Shown in pieces: positions 11,013 through 20,358 of a stretch of 64,000 bases of DNA (positions are counted from its first letter, which is position 1; every line of letters starts with the position of its first letter). The stretch covers positions 64,001 to 128,000 of IMG/VR virus record IMGVR_UViG_3300046318_000491. One strand, given 5' to 3'. The stretch comes from a virus. The notes under the pieces are model-generated. The model had not been told where the DNA came from and searched no databases. It saw only the letters and a list, made by a program, of their open reading frames with translations. The position numbers were made by a program, and so were the translations under genes.

Positions 11013-11365
11013 AAGTCATTTACCTTAACCCAGGTGGCAGGAGTTACAAAGTCTAAAACATATCCATTTTCTGTTTCACCAAGTTCGTCGCAGGGCATAG
11101 GCCCGTCTACACCAGTTGGAGACATTCCAGAATAACTATAATCTACTTCAGCCATATCAATCATTTTAAAGCCTTGCCCTAGGGATAGAGCAATTCCTTC
11201 ACGCTGGAGAGTAGATGCTAGTGCCTTCCGCACAACTTCGTGCTCAAGGTCAACATGCCCTTCGGTATAGAAAAGCAGCCCATCGCCAGATGAGTCTACG
11301 TCCCATAAAAACCAAAGGGACTCGCCGATACGAGAATCTTTCATAAAAAGATTGTATCTTGACAA
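11009..11365 (-). CDS. Hypothetical protein
   Basis: Acidic ORF in co-oriented operon, stop overlaps whiB start; true start may be the ATG of MKDSRIG. Confidence 0.65.
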   Translation of the reverse strand: MSRYNLFMKDSRIGESLWFLWDVDSSGDGLLFYTEGHVDLEHEVVRKALASTLQREGIALSLGQGFKMIDMAEVDYSYSGMSPTGVDGPMPCDELGETENGYVLDFVTPATWVKVNDF

Positions 11366-11402
11366 GTCCCTTTGGTACGGAATACTTACCGTAAATTACA
11401 AA

Positions 11403-11636
11403 TTAGAATGGCTTGGCTACACTGTGCTTAACATTGCCAAAAGCAGTGACTACAAAGCTAGTAGCTAGATCGGAATCCTTTTTAGGGTCTGGAACGGATA
11501 CCTTCAGTTCAATGTCAACAAGAGCTGGGGCAGCTAGTTCATCTACGCCCATAAACTTAGCTACTTCTTCATAGGCAGTAGCTCTTGCTTCGTCTAAAGT
11601 ATCCGCGCCATACTTCAATTCAAAATGAACTCGCAT
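11403..11636 (-). CDS. Hypothetical protein
   Basis: ATG overlaps upstream stop (TAATG). Confidence 0.65.
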   Translation of the reverse strand: MRVHFELKYGADTLDEARATAYEEVAKFMGVDELAAPALVDIELKVSVPDPKKDSDLATSFVVTAFGNVKHSVAKPF

Positions 11637-12064
11637 TACTTTACCTTCTTTTCTAGCTTGTACGGGGAGTAGTGGACGCCCTTAAGATCAGGCAGCTTGC
11701 CATCGGTCGAGTTCACGATTACATCTCCATAACGGACAGCAATAACCTTACCTCGGCGACCATTATGAGCGACTCCAGTGCTGTCATTAAAAGCGTCTGT
11801 AAGAACGCGCACCTCATCACCAACCTTGATCTGACCTGGCTGTAGTGGAATCCAAATAGCGTCAGGTTCATCAATCGGAGTCAATATAGTTGCATTAAGA
11901 GCCAACTTGCTAAATACGGCTACTGCTTCTTTAGCTAGATTCGGCGAGAGCTTATCCATCGTCTCCCACACTTCTAAAAGCTTAAGCACTGCATTTCCCG
12001 AGCCAATTTTTACCTTGGCCTCCTGGAGCTGCTGACGTACCCAGTCATAATTTACTTCTGGCAT
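11636..12064 (-). CDS. Hypothetical protein with C-terminal SH3/KOW-like domain
   Basis: AGGAG RBS; IKVGDEVRV...GRRGKVIAV pattern. Confidence 0.65.
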   Translation of the reverse strand: MPEVNYDWVRQQLQEAKVKIGSGNAVLKLLEVWETMDKLSPNLAKEAVAVFSKLALNATILTPIDEPDAIWIPLQPGQIKVGDEVRVLTDAFNDSTGVAHNGRRGKVIAVRYGDVIVNSTDGKLPDLKGVHYSPYKLEKKVK

Positions 12065-12072
12065 TTTTTCTC

Positions 12073-13071
12073 CTAGTTTTTATTTGTTAGTAGAGACTTG
12101 ATTAGATTTAGTGAATGTTCCTTATTAGGGATGGATCTTAAATAATCCTCCCGCTGGGCTCGAGCAATGTCCAAACGCTCCTGGGCTGTAGCTTCTTCTA
12201 AGGTAGAACCTAGTAGATACCAATTCTGGGATAGCGAACCAGTATCTCGCCAATCAGAAACTATGGGGACACTAGCATTCAGAGCCTGAATATATCTATA
12301 GGACCACCAGGTTCCGACCCCCCTATCCTGAGGAGCAACCAACAGCCCAAAGCTTGAGGCAATTCGATCAAAGACCTGTTCATCAGTATCTCGAGGAGTT
12401 GACTTCAGAGGGATAGTTGGAAGACTAAGAAGTTTTTCTATCTTCTTGGTCCAAACGGAGCTAGGTGAGTCTGCCACCCAAAGGGGAGCGGGGGACTTAG
12501 CTGGCTTTGGTTCGGACAGTAGCATTGCATCCAGATTAATCCCGACTAAATTGTCTGACCCTTCTGTAGAAATAAACTTGCTGACTTCTTGGGCAGTCTT
12601 CCACGGGAGCTCCGGGTATATAGTCTTAGGCCAGGCAGAGTTAAGTAGCTTATATGCCGCGATTTGGATGCCGCTGGATATATCGGGGGTGGAGGCAATC
12701 TTGTATTCTCGCCTTTTAGAGTAAAACGGGGTAAATATGGTAGAGACATCACGTGCTACAGAGGCAAGGCTGGCCTTAAACTGCCACAGCTGAGGGTTAT
12801 CCACCACTAGGACGAGCTTTGATGAGTCATAAAGAGCATTGATAACATGCATAGCTCCGTAGACTTTATTGGCTCCTAGGCTAGTAGGCGGAACAAATCC
12901 CACTATGACAGAGTCATACTGGCTTAAAAATTCTTTAGTCCAAGTCACGCTTGGAGTAGCCCACTCTACAGTTGCGAAAGTCTCTACGGCCTTCACTAAG
13001 GTACCGAAAAAACTAGTATTTGTAGATGGCTTAGTGTGGGAGGAAGCCATTCCCGTTACAAGTACCTTCAT
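12073..13071 (-). CDS. GT-B-fold glycosyltransferase-like protein
   Basis: Start reassigned to ATG 13071 (AAGGA RBS; MKVLVTG Rossmann-like first strand); C-terminal RYIQALNASVPIVSD resembles the GT-B nucleotide-sugar-binding helix. Confidence 0.5.
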   Translation of the reverse strand: MKVLVTGMASSHTKPSTNTSFFGTLVKAVETFATVEWATPSVTWTKEFLSQYDSVIVGFVPPTSLGANKVYGAMHVINALYDSSKLVLVVDNPQLWQFKASLASVARDVSTIFTPFYSKRREYKIASTPDISSGIQIAAYKLLNSAWPKTIYPELPWKTAQEVSKFISTEGSDNLVGINLDAMLLSEPKPAKSPAPLWVADSPSSVWTKKIEKLLSLPTIPLKSTPRDTDEQVFDRIASSFGLLVAPQDRGVGTWWSYRYIQALNASVPIVSDWRDTGSLSQNWYLLGSTLEEATAQERLDIARAQREDYLRSIPNKEHSLNLIKSLLTNKN

Positions 13072-13092
13072 GTTAAATCCTTTGATGGAGCA

Positions 13093-13116
13093 GTGGGGCA
13101 CCTTTCGATGCCCCAC
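13093..13116 (-). terminator. GC-rich hairpin with GAAA tetraloop after SSB (no U-tract)
   Basis: GTGGGGCATC-GAAA-GGTGCCCCAC on the minus strand. Confidence 0.55.
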
Positions 13117-13128
13117 CACAGTCGTCAT

Positions 13129-13677
13129 TTAGAACGGTGTATCTTCTGAAGCGCTAACAGGTGATGCAGGCGCTGGTGCTGGTGCCGGTGCTGGTGCTGG
13201 AGCAGCTGCTGCTGGAGCAGGAGCCGGAGCAGCAGGGGCAGCTGCAGCAGCAAATGCCTCACTCGCTACAGCCTGTACAGGGTAGTAGCTCTTGATTTCG
13301 TTGCTGCGGTTACCGTTGTAGGTACGAGTACCAATGTTTCCACGGAAGGTGCGGTGAAGCAGAGCAGACTCGATCTGAGCGTTGCTAGGATTGCTACCGA
13401 AGTACTCCTTGTTTAGACCAAGAACACCCATCTTCATGAAGAACATTCCAAGTGCCTTGTTGTTCTCAGGTGAGATAACAAGGTTGTCCCATACGCGACG
13501 CTTCGCGTGAGGACCACTCTGAACCTCGGTAGTGATCTTGAACATAGTCTTACCTGACTGAGACACGGTGGCCTTAGATTCGATAACCTTTAGTTCGTAG
13601 TCACCATCTGGTAGTGGCTCGTATGAAGCGGTTTCTCCCGCTTCCTTGACTAGGTCAGTCCAGTTAATTGAACTCAT
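13129..13677 (-). CDS. Single-stranded DNA-binding protein (DUF669-like)
   Basis: YEPLPDGDY..V....SGK.M...GP..KR.VWD; Ala/Pro linker; acidic tail ending EDTPF. Confidence 0.8.
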   Translation of the reverse strand: MSSINWTDLVKEAGETASYEPLPDGDYELKVIESKATVSQSGKTMFKITTEVQSGPHAKRRVWDNLVISPENNKALGMFFMKMGVLGLNKEYFGSNPSNAQIESALLHRTFRGNIGTRTYNGNRSNEIKSYYPVQAVASEAFAAAAAPAAPAPAPAAAAPAPAPAPAPAPASPVSASEDTPF

Positions 13678-13680
13678 GGT

Positions 13681-14466
13681 TTAGTTTCCTTCTGCTGTTG
13701 TAGCGGTTGTTTTCTTTGTTGTTGCTTTAGTCTTCTCACCGAAGACGATGTCTAGCATACGCTCGACACCGAGGTCCTGCTGCTCTACGATCTTACCGAG
13801 ACGCCCTTGAACACGTTCTCCAGCTTCCCATTCGGCCGTGCGCTCAACATACATGCGACGAACCTTATAAGCGGGCTGCATAGGGTCAGGGTTTGGCATA
13901 GTTTCTACCGTGATTGCGCCCAGAATGTCATAGAAGTACGGAGCCTGAATTGCTAGCTGACCCTGTAGATACGGACGGTATACACCATCAGTACCCTTAC
14001 GAGCCATAGCAGTCAGGATTACGGCCTCCAGAGGCTGGGTTGGGTGCATTGTCAAGTCGCGAAGGTCACGAAGTAGCGCACCCATGTGGCGAAGCAATTC
14101 GCCCCACTGCTGCATCTTCATCTGTTCGGTTCCTGCAATGTTGTCCATGCACTTGACCTGTAACTCAGAGATTGAGTCGATGATCAAAGACTTGAACTGG
14201 TGCTTGCCGCTTTGAAGCCACTGAAAGGCCTTCATAACGACTTCATAGTCGCGAACCTGGACCACTACTGTGTCCCAAGTGCCATCTGCAACAGGTGGCG
14301 CTTCGCTAATTGGATCCCAGTACTTAACGTTGATCGGGAGGAAACGGTGTCCACCCTCAACGTCGAGCATTAGGCGTGGGTACGGAGCTGTAACGGCAAA
14401 GCTGGACTTACCAACCTTGGATTCGCCATAAACCATAATTGTTAAACTGCGATCGACTTCCGACAT
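13681..14466 (-). CDS. AAA_24 / Sak4-like RecA-fold ATPase (recombinase)
   Basis: YGESKVGKS Walker A; LDVEGG; LIIDSISE; lies between exonuclease and SSB. Confidence 0.85.
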   Translation of the reverse strand: MSEVDRSLTIMVYGESKVGKSSFAVTAPYPRLMLDVEGGHRFLPINVKYWDPISEAPPVADGTWDTVVVQVRDYEVVMKAFQWLQSGKHQFKSLIIDSISELQVKCMDNIAGTEQMKMQQWGELLRHMGALLRDLRDLTMHPTQPLEAVILTAMARKGTDGVYRPYLQGQLAIQAPYFYDILGAITVETMPNPDPMQPAYKVRRMYVERTAEWEAGERVQGRLGKIVEQQDLGVERMLDIVFGEKTKATTKKTTATTAEGN

Positions 14467-14468
14467 TC

Positions 14469-15407
14469 CTACTCACTTCCTTTCTTCTCTTCGATTCCAT
14501 AGTAACCGTACGGGTCGGATGACTCGAACGCATCGCTAAGTGCTGCCTCTGCCGCCGAACCATCGTCGAACATCGGGCAAATAGCGAAGAACTGGCACTT
14601 CCACTTGCATTCACGGGAGGGCTTCGGGTAGGCAGCCTTCATGTGGCTGACTCCTTCGTCCAGTCCATCGCGAACGCGCATCATATCTTCCAGTGTGCCT
14701 TCAAGGCGCTGGTAGAAGGAGCGGAGTGCAAACTTATTGTGGCGAACCTCAATCTGGTCATAGAACGGTGGCTTAGCATAAGCACCGCGCTTAACCTTAC
14801 GAAGCATCGTGAAGATAGCGCCGTCTGAGCGTTCGCCATCCTGGTTTTGAGCTTCTTCTAGAAGCATGTAGGTTAGGACCTGCTCGTTCATGTGGGCGAT
14901 AGATCCAAACTCAGCGAACGAACCACCAACGGTCTTAAAGTCACGGAGCATACGAGCGCCGTCAATCTTACGACGAACACGCATATCGATCTTTCCCTGA
15001 AGCGTGACACGGCCATCTAGCATTGGACGCTCAATGACTTCTTCTGTAGAAATCATTTCAAGCTCTGCATCGATACCCTCAAGTTCAATCCACTCAAGGT
15101 AGCCCTCTAGCATTACGCGACCTAGTTCAGCTTCAGTCTCTAGCTCAGTCGAGTCCCGGCCGGAGTCAGTCAAAAGCTTCATATCAAGCTTGACTAGTTC
15201 TGCGTGAACTTCAAGCAGGTTCTTCTCCATGCCAGAGCTGTAGTACTGGTCTAGAGCCTCGTGAATACGAGAACCTAGTGCAAGAGCACCAGTAAAGTTC
15301 TGCATCTTTGGCTTTAGACGACGGTAGTAGGTCAGCCACCAGCGACGGCGACAGTCCTTGAAGGTCTGGATCTCTGAGTTAGAGATTCTAATTGGTGCAT
15401 TTGTCAT
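14469..15407 (-). CDS. Cas4/RecB-like PD-(D/E)XK exonuclease
   Basis: SNSEIQTFKDCRRRW, GSRIH, GKID...DFKT, Q...Y, C-terminal CKWKC.F..IC. Confidence 0.88.
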   Translation of the reverse strand: MTNAPIRISNSEIQTFKDCRRRWWLTYYRRLKPKMQNFTGALALGSRIHEALDQYYSSGMEKNLLEVHAELVKLDMKLLTDSGRDSTELETEAELGRVMLEGYLEWIELEGIDAELEMISTEEVIERPMLDGRVTLQGKIDMRVRRKIDGARMLRDFKTVGGSFAEFGSIAHMNEQVLTYMLLEEAQNQDGERSDGAIFTMLRKVKRGAYAKPPFYDQIEVRHNKFALRSFYQRLEGTLEDMMRVRDGLDEGVSHMKAAYPKPSRECKWKCQFFAICPMFDDGSAAEAALSDAFESSDPYGYYGIEEKKGSE

Positions 15408-17218
15408 TTTGTAGTTGCCTTGCTTTCTTTCAGCATCTTGAGCAGCTGTTCCTTATCACGAACAATCTGCTCAAAGTTGTCGGCTTTAGTGTCTAGAGCC
15501 TGAATCACTCGTTCTTCAATTGTGTTCTCGGTCACGTAGTCGGTAATAATCACCGAATCGTGGATCTCTGAACCAATACGGTGCACTCGGTCTAGAGCTT
15601 GCTTGTGGTCCACGAGTGACCACGGCCTTTGTAGCATAACAAGACGACGTGCAGTTGTCAAGGTGACACCGACACCACCAGCCTGAGCAGTGAAAAGAAT
15701 CCACTTAGTCTTGCCAGACTGGAAGTCATCAATAGACTTCTGACGCTCATCCTGATCCTGAGCGCCAGTGATTAGCCCGTGCGTAATGCCTTCTTTAGTA
15801 AGACGTGCACTAAGGATTTCAATCAGCTGACGCGATACAGCACAAACAGCTACGGAGTCATCTCCAAAGTCGCCGTTCTTCATATCATCCATCAGAGCAT
15901 CAACCTTACAAGAAGGGTCCGACAAAAGAACCTTTTCTTGACCTGACTCATCTACAGACACTTCCGCATATGAGCTAGATAGCTGAAGAAGGCGAAGAGT
16001 TTGAGTCAGAGGATTAGGCGCTACTACAGAGTCACCGATGCTACCGTCCTCGTTTTCAAGAAGTGTAATCATGTGCTCAAGCATCTGCTTGTAAGCCTTA
16101 GCCTGCTTAGCGCCCATCTCTACGTCTCGGCGTTCAGTAATCACTTCTGGCAACCATGGCAATACACGAGACTTCAACATGCGACGCATGCGTGGGTTGA
16201 TGGCTGCATAGAACTCCTGTTCCATGTGAGGCTTAACACCAATAACCATCATTCCGCCAAAGGCATTAATCATGGTGTCAATCATTCGGTCGATCCACTT
16301 AGTCTTTGATGGCCATTCGCTAGGAGCAATCCAGTGAAGGATTGGCCATAGATCAACAACATCTTTAGCAATAGGAGTACCAGTTAGAGCAAAGCGAATA
16401 TCGGCATCGCCAGATGCAGCCCAAAGGGCTCGGGTCTGCTTAGACTTAGGATCCTTTGAGCGGTGAATCTCATCGGCAACCACTGCTTTAAATGGGATGT
16501 CATTCAACTCACGCTGATGGACTTCGCAGCGGCTCGGTGTGATACGGGTATCATGACCCTTACATTCAGGACAACGAGCCAAAGCAATTGAGCCATAAGA
16601 TGACAACTTTGAGTGGGTGCGCAAAGACTCCCAGTTGATTACAATTACATCAGATTGCTGATCAAACTGAGCACGGCGCTGAGTAGCAGAGCCATTGATA
16701 ACAGTTACGTTTACTCCTGGCCACCAGCGATCAAACTCACGCTCCCAGTTCTTTTTAAGAGTGTTTGGGCAGACAATTAGGGCTGGAAAAACTTCCTCGC
16801 CTCGATCATGAAGCTTCTTTAGGGCACGAATCGCCTGAGCAGTTTTACCAAGGCCAGGCTCGTCAGCCAGTAGCGCACGGCGGGCAGTGGATAGGAACTC
16901 AACGCCAGCACGCTGATGTGGAAATAGGTCTTGATCCCCGTCTTCCATAACATCTATATCGCGCAACTCATTGGCGAGATCAACTCGATTAGCTTTCTCA
17001 TCTTTAGCCCATTGAGTCAGGTTAGGCCCTAAAACAAGCTCAGCCTTGAATGTAGACCTTAAAGCAAGGCAACCAGACCAGGACGTAGGAATACGCCAAA
17101 TCTGCTCCTTGGCGCTCCAGGAGGCTCCTGGAAGGCTCTTACAGAGCTCTTTTAGGCGCCATTCAGCGTTCACAATGATGTGCGAGCCTGATTCGTCTAG
17201 TTCTACAAAGACTGACAT
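15404..17218 (-). CDS. SNF2-family helicase
   Basis: LFPHQ, LLADEPGLGKT, DEIH, LTGTP, GGVGVTLT, QALDRVHRIG. Confidence 0.93.
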   Translation of the reverse strand: MSVFVELDESGSHIIVNAEWRLKELCKSLPGASWSAKEQIWRIPTSWSGCLALRSTFKAELVLGPNLTQWAKDEKANRVDLANELRDIDVMEDGDQDLFPHQRAGVEFLSTARRALLADEPGLGKTAQAIRALKKLHDRGEEVFPALIVCPNTLKKNWEREFDRWWPGVNVTVINGSATQRRAQFDQQSDVIVINWESLRTHSKLSSYGSIALARCPECKGHDTRITPSRCEVHQRELNDIPFKAVVADEIHRSKDPKSKQTRALWAASGDADIRFALTGTPIAKDVVDLWPILHWIAPSEWPSKTKWIDRMIDTMINAFGGMMVIGVKPHMEQEFYAAINPRMRRMLKSRVLPWLPEVITERRDVEMGAKQAKAYKQMLEHMITLLENEDGSIGDSVVAPNPLTQTLRLLQLSSSYAEVSVDESGQEKVLLSDPSCKVDALMDDMKNGDFGDDSVAVCAVSRQLIEILSARLTKEGITHGLITGAQDQDERQKSIDDFQSGKTKWILFTAQAGGVGVTLTTARRLVMLQRPWSLVDHKQALDRVHRIGSEIHDSVIITDYVTENTIEERVIQALDTKADNFEQIVRDKEQLLKMLKESKATTK

Positions 17219-17243
17219 TTAAATCCTTTTTCGTTAGATAAAT

Positions 17244-17272
17244 ATATTATCAGAAAAAACAAAGTTTGACAA
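17244..17272 (-). promoter_or_regulatory. SigA-like promoter within an AT-rich inverted repeat
   Basis: TTGTCA-N17-TAATAT; flanked by imperfect IR tattatca..aaaaaaca / tgtttttt-gataata (17245-17287). Confidence 0.6.
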
Positions 17273-17290
17273 TGTTTTTTGATAATAACT

Positions 17291-17761
17291 TTATTTCAAT
17301 AAGTCTAGTGGCTTCCAACCGCTTTTGACAAGTCTTAGAAGACCGTGTCGGATTGCATCTATAGCGTGACCTTCGCCACCTCGGTGCCAGAATCCAATCT
17401 TCTTTAGGGCTTCATTTGGAAACATAGCCTTGGCATCAGCCGGACTTTGGAAATAGATATCATCTGGAGCACGACCAACATCCATAAGGCACTGCTTTAA
17501 GATCCCGATCTGCTCTAGCGAATAAGGAGCTTGGGAGTTACGCACGGTCTGAGCATTGATGGTGAATCGTTCGCAAACAACCTCGATGCCACCCTCTTCT
17601 GGACCATAAAGTGCTAACGCCTGGCGAATAGGCTTAGCATACTCATCCTGCTGAACCTCCTGAGACCAAAGAAGGATAGGCTCTCCTCCTGGCTCAAAAG
17701 AAAATAGTGCTAGTCCAGTAGCCTTACCTGGATCAACTGATAAAACCCATTTAGTAGTCAT
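17291..17761 (-). CDS. RuvC-like Holliday junction resolvase (RNase H fold)
   Basis: VLSVDPGKATG, VVCERF, EQIG, HAIDAIRH. Confidence 0.8.
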   Translation of the reverse strand: MTTKWVLSVDPGKATGLALFSFEPGGEPILLWSQEVQQDEYAKPIRQALALYGPEEGGIEVVCERFTINAQTVRNSQAPYSLEQIGILKQCLMDVGRAPDDIYFQSPADAKAMFPNEALKKIGFWHRGGEGHAIDAIRHGLLRLVKSGWKPLDLLK

Positions 17762-19578
17762 TAGTACTTTTCTCCCCAGTTTTCTAGAGGTCCGTCAACG
17801 TCAGCAGTAAGAGGCACTGCCCAACCTTCGCGAGTAGTCATACACTCACGGACAATCTGTTTAATTTCTTCAGCGCTTTCACGCGGTGCATTCAAAACAA
17901 TTTCATCGTGCACCGGAACAATCAGCAGCTCTGTGAGATCAGCTTGATCTAGCTTTACTAGGTTTGATTTAAAGATCTCAGCTGCGCCACCCTGAATTAG
18001 GTAGTTGACCAAAGTATATACACGGTCCTCATCGCAAGGCAAGCGACGTCCAGTCCAAGTATTTACATAACCTTGACCTTCTTCACGAACGCGACGCATA
18101 CCGATATCTTCTACCTTCTTTTGGAATGTAGCCATACCGGGGAATCGCTTATCAAACTCATCGGATACCGCACGCATCTGGGTCTCCGGGACACCAGCAG
18201 TAAGTGCTTGCTTAGCAACACCAGCACCGTATAGACGCCCATAGACAACGCCCTTGATAAGGCCACGGCGCTTGTCAGACTTCTGCATCGTCGGATCTTG
18301 ATAGATCTCGCGACCGATTTCAGTAAACGGGTCAGAGCCAGTAGCATCTGCCAGATTAAATAGTTGGATAAGATTGGGATCCTGAGACAGCGTGGAGAAC
18401 ATGCGGAACTCAACCTGGTCAAGGTCAGAGGTGATGATTACGTGGTCATCATCCTTTGGAAGGAATGCACGGCGGACAGTGTCGTCACCCTTTGGAAGAG
18501 TCTGCAACGCGGGGTTCTGGATAGACATACGTCCAGTACGAGCACCCATGGTCTTAACAGATGGGTGGACAAACCCATTTACATTATCATTAATGAAGTT
18601 CGAGAAGTAAGTTGAAGCAAGCTTGTCAGCCTTACGCTGCTTTAAGACAGTTTCGGCAAGTTGCTTGACTTCAGGAGTGCCATCGCGAGCAAGAAGCTTT
18701 AACTGATCCGCGGATGCAGACTTAGCACCAGAGGGGGTGGTCTGGGTGATATTGGCTCCTAATGCCTCGAACTGGCGAACAAGCTGAGCATTACTTGTAA
18801 TTGATAGACCGTTGTAGCTATCCTTGCCCCACTGCTTAACTTGCTCGGTATAGTCGACGAGTTCTTGGTACTTACGCTTTGAGTAGTCAAGATCTAGACG
18901 CGCACCATTAAGCTCCATGCGAGTTACGATACGGCGGGTATTCATTTCAAGTTCATACGCTTGAGAGTACGGACGGCCGGGTGCGCACTTTTCCCAGAAC
19001 TGCTCGAATAGCTTCATAGTAAGAACAGTATCGAGAGCACCATAAGCCCAGTAAGGCTGGTAGTTGACCGGAACGGTGCCCCAGGTCCAACCATTCTTAA
19101 CCATGCCATCATCTAGCATCGATTGAGCGTTAGCAGCCTTAGCGTCCACATATTGAGAGGTTAGACGTTTCAAGGCACCAGACCCGAGTGGATCAATAAG
19201 ATGAGCCATGATCATGGTGTCGTGGGCCTGATGCCAAGGCATATCCCAGTCGGACTGAACATCAAACCAGCGGGCTTCGAAGGCAATGTTGTGGCAGACA
19301 ATAGGTCCGTCAAACTGATTCATACCTTGATAGAAGACGCCCTTCCAGTGATCCCATGGGATGGACCAGCCAGTCTTCGCGTCACCTACCTGAACAAGAC
19401 GTAGACGACCATGCCAAGGAGATAGCGCATCATCGCGCTTACCGCCTGGAAGTTCACCGGTTTCAGTATCAATAGCGATGGCGTCCATGGGGCGGCGTTC
19501 GCCTAACCATGTGAGAAATTTTTCGGCCTGCTCTACGCTATCTACTAGCTGTAGGCTGACTTCACCAAGTCCGCTCAT
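17761..19578 (-). CDS. polA: DNA polymerase A family (3'-5' exonuclease + polymerase; no 5'-3' exonuclease)
   Basis: IDTET, HNIAFE, YGALD; RTGRMS..NP.LQ; DLDQVEFR; KGVVYGRLYG; NYLIQG; VHDE. Confidence 0.95.
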   Translation of the reverse strand: MSGLGEVSLQLVDSVEQAEKFLTWLGERRPMDAIAIDTETGELPGGKRDDALSPWHGRLRLVQVGDAKTGWSIPWDHWKGVFYQGMNQFDGPIVCHNIAFEARWFDVQSDWDMPWHQAHDTMIMAHLIDPLGSGALKRLTSQYVDAKAANAQSMLDDGMVKNGWTWGTVPVNYQPYWAYGALDTVLTMKLFEQFWEKCAPGRPYSQAYELEMNTRRIVTRMELNGARLDLDYSKRKYQELVDYTEQVKQWGKDSYNGLSITSNAQLVRQFEALGANITQTTPSGAKSASADQLKLLARDGTPEVKQLAETVLKQRKADKLASTYFSNFINDNVNGFVHPSVKTMGARTGRMSIQNPALQTLPKGDDTVRRAFLPKDDDHVIITSDLDQVEFRMFSTLSQDPNLIQLFNLADATGSDPFTEIGREIYQDPTMQKSDKRRGLIKGVVYGRLYGAGVAKQALTAGVPETQMRAVSDEFDKRFPGMATFQKKVEDIGMRRVREEGQGYVNTWTGRRLPCDEDRVYTLVNYLIQGGAAEIFKSNLVKLDQADLTELLIVPVHDEIVLNAPRESAEEIKQIVRECMTTREGWAVPLTADVDGPLENWGEKY

Positions 19579-19604
19579 TTAAATCCTTATCAGTTTGGAG
19601 TATC

Positions 19605-19634
19605 ACTCTAACAAACTTGATAATAACTTGTCAA
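19605..19634 (-). promoter_or_regulatory. SigA-like promoter for polA
   Basis: TTGACA-N18-TAGAGT; spacer carries the same 13-mer as the helicase promoter region. Confidence 0.6.
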
Positions 19635-19652
19635 CCTGGCTTGGCGTGTCGT

Positions 19653-20123
19653 TTAAGGAATTATTTCGTAGCGGTAGATGTCAGCTATTGCAGGATCGTT
19701 TTTAGCTGCTTCTTCTAAAAGTCTTTGAGCAACGTTAGTCAGATAGCGTGCTCCACCGTCATCATACTTATAGAGCGCATCTAAAACTGCAGCTCCTTCC
19801 TCGGAAACTTGAGCCCAGAACCGATATTTTTCGGGAAAAACTAGTTCAGCTTCTTCGGATGGTTGGCACTCGGCGCAGGGTATGGCGTCTTTGGAGATAG
19901 AAGAGTACTCGACCTCACTGAGGCCATAACGCCTAACTAGCGTGCAGGCAGCTCCGTGAAATATTAAAGACACTCCAACTCGGGACAGGATGTAGGATCC
20001 GCTATCGGTTTTATATAGTTCAAACTCGATCCATCTGGTGGACCCGTACCTCCAGGAAGTAGATTTACCTAACAACTTCCCGTTGAATTGTAGGGTTCTT
20101 GCCCCGTCTTTTACCTCAAACAC
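19653..20123 (-). CDS. Phage hypothetical protein (possible Zn ligands H..C..CxxC)
   Basis: RWIEFELYKT..G.YIL..VG.S..FH...C...CAEC. Confidence 0.7.
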   Translation of the reverse strand: MFEVKDGARTLQFNGKLLGKSTSWRYGSTRWIEFELYKTDSGSYILSRVGVSLIFHGAACTLVRRYGLSEVEYSSISKDAIPCAECQPSEEAELVFPEKYRFWAQVSEEGAAVLDALYKYDDGGARYLTNVAQRLLEEAAKNDPAIADIYRYEIIP

Positions 20124-20332
20124 TATTTATCAGAGCTCTTGGCTTCTAGTGTTCGAACCTGGTGCTGAAGCTCGGCATTTTTTCGACGCTCTACAATTAG
20201 TAGTGCCTCTAGCTCAGCGGAAAGGCTCATCGCCTTTGCTAGCTGTTCCCGGGTAACGCCTAGTACGTTTCCTAGGATCTCTTGCTGGTCGTTCTTTTCA
20301 GTCATTTGTCTTCCTTCATAGGTATGTTTCAA
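20123..20332 (-). CDS. Small coiled-coil protein
   Basis: Heptad pattern; probable start at MTEKND after GAAGGAAG. Confidence 0.55.
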   Translation of the reverse strand: MKHTYEGRQMTEKNDQQEILGNVLGVTREQLAKAMSLSAELEALLIVERRKNAELQHQVRTLEAKSSDK

Positions 20333-20358
20333 TTATATTTATACTTTAAACCGGCTAT

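Noticed and set aside
14469-15407. Cas4-like gene as evidence of a CRISPR-Cas system
   Set aside because: No array or other cas genes; it sits in the usual phage exonuclease-ATPase-SSB recombination module
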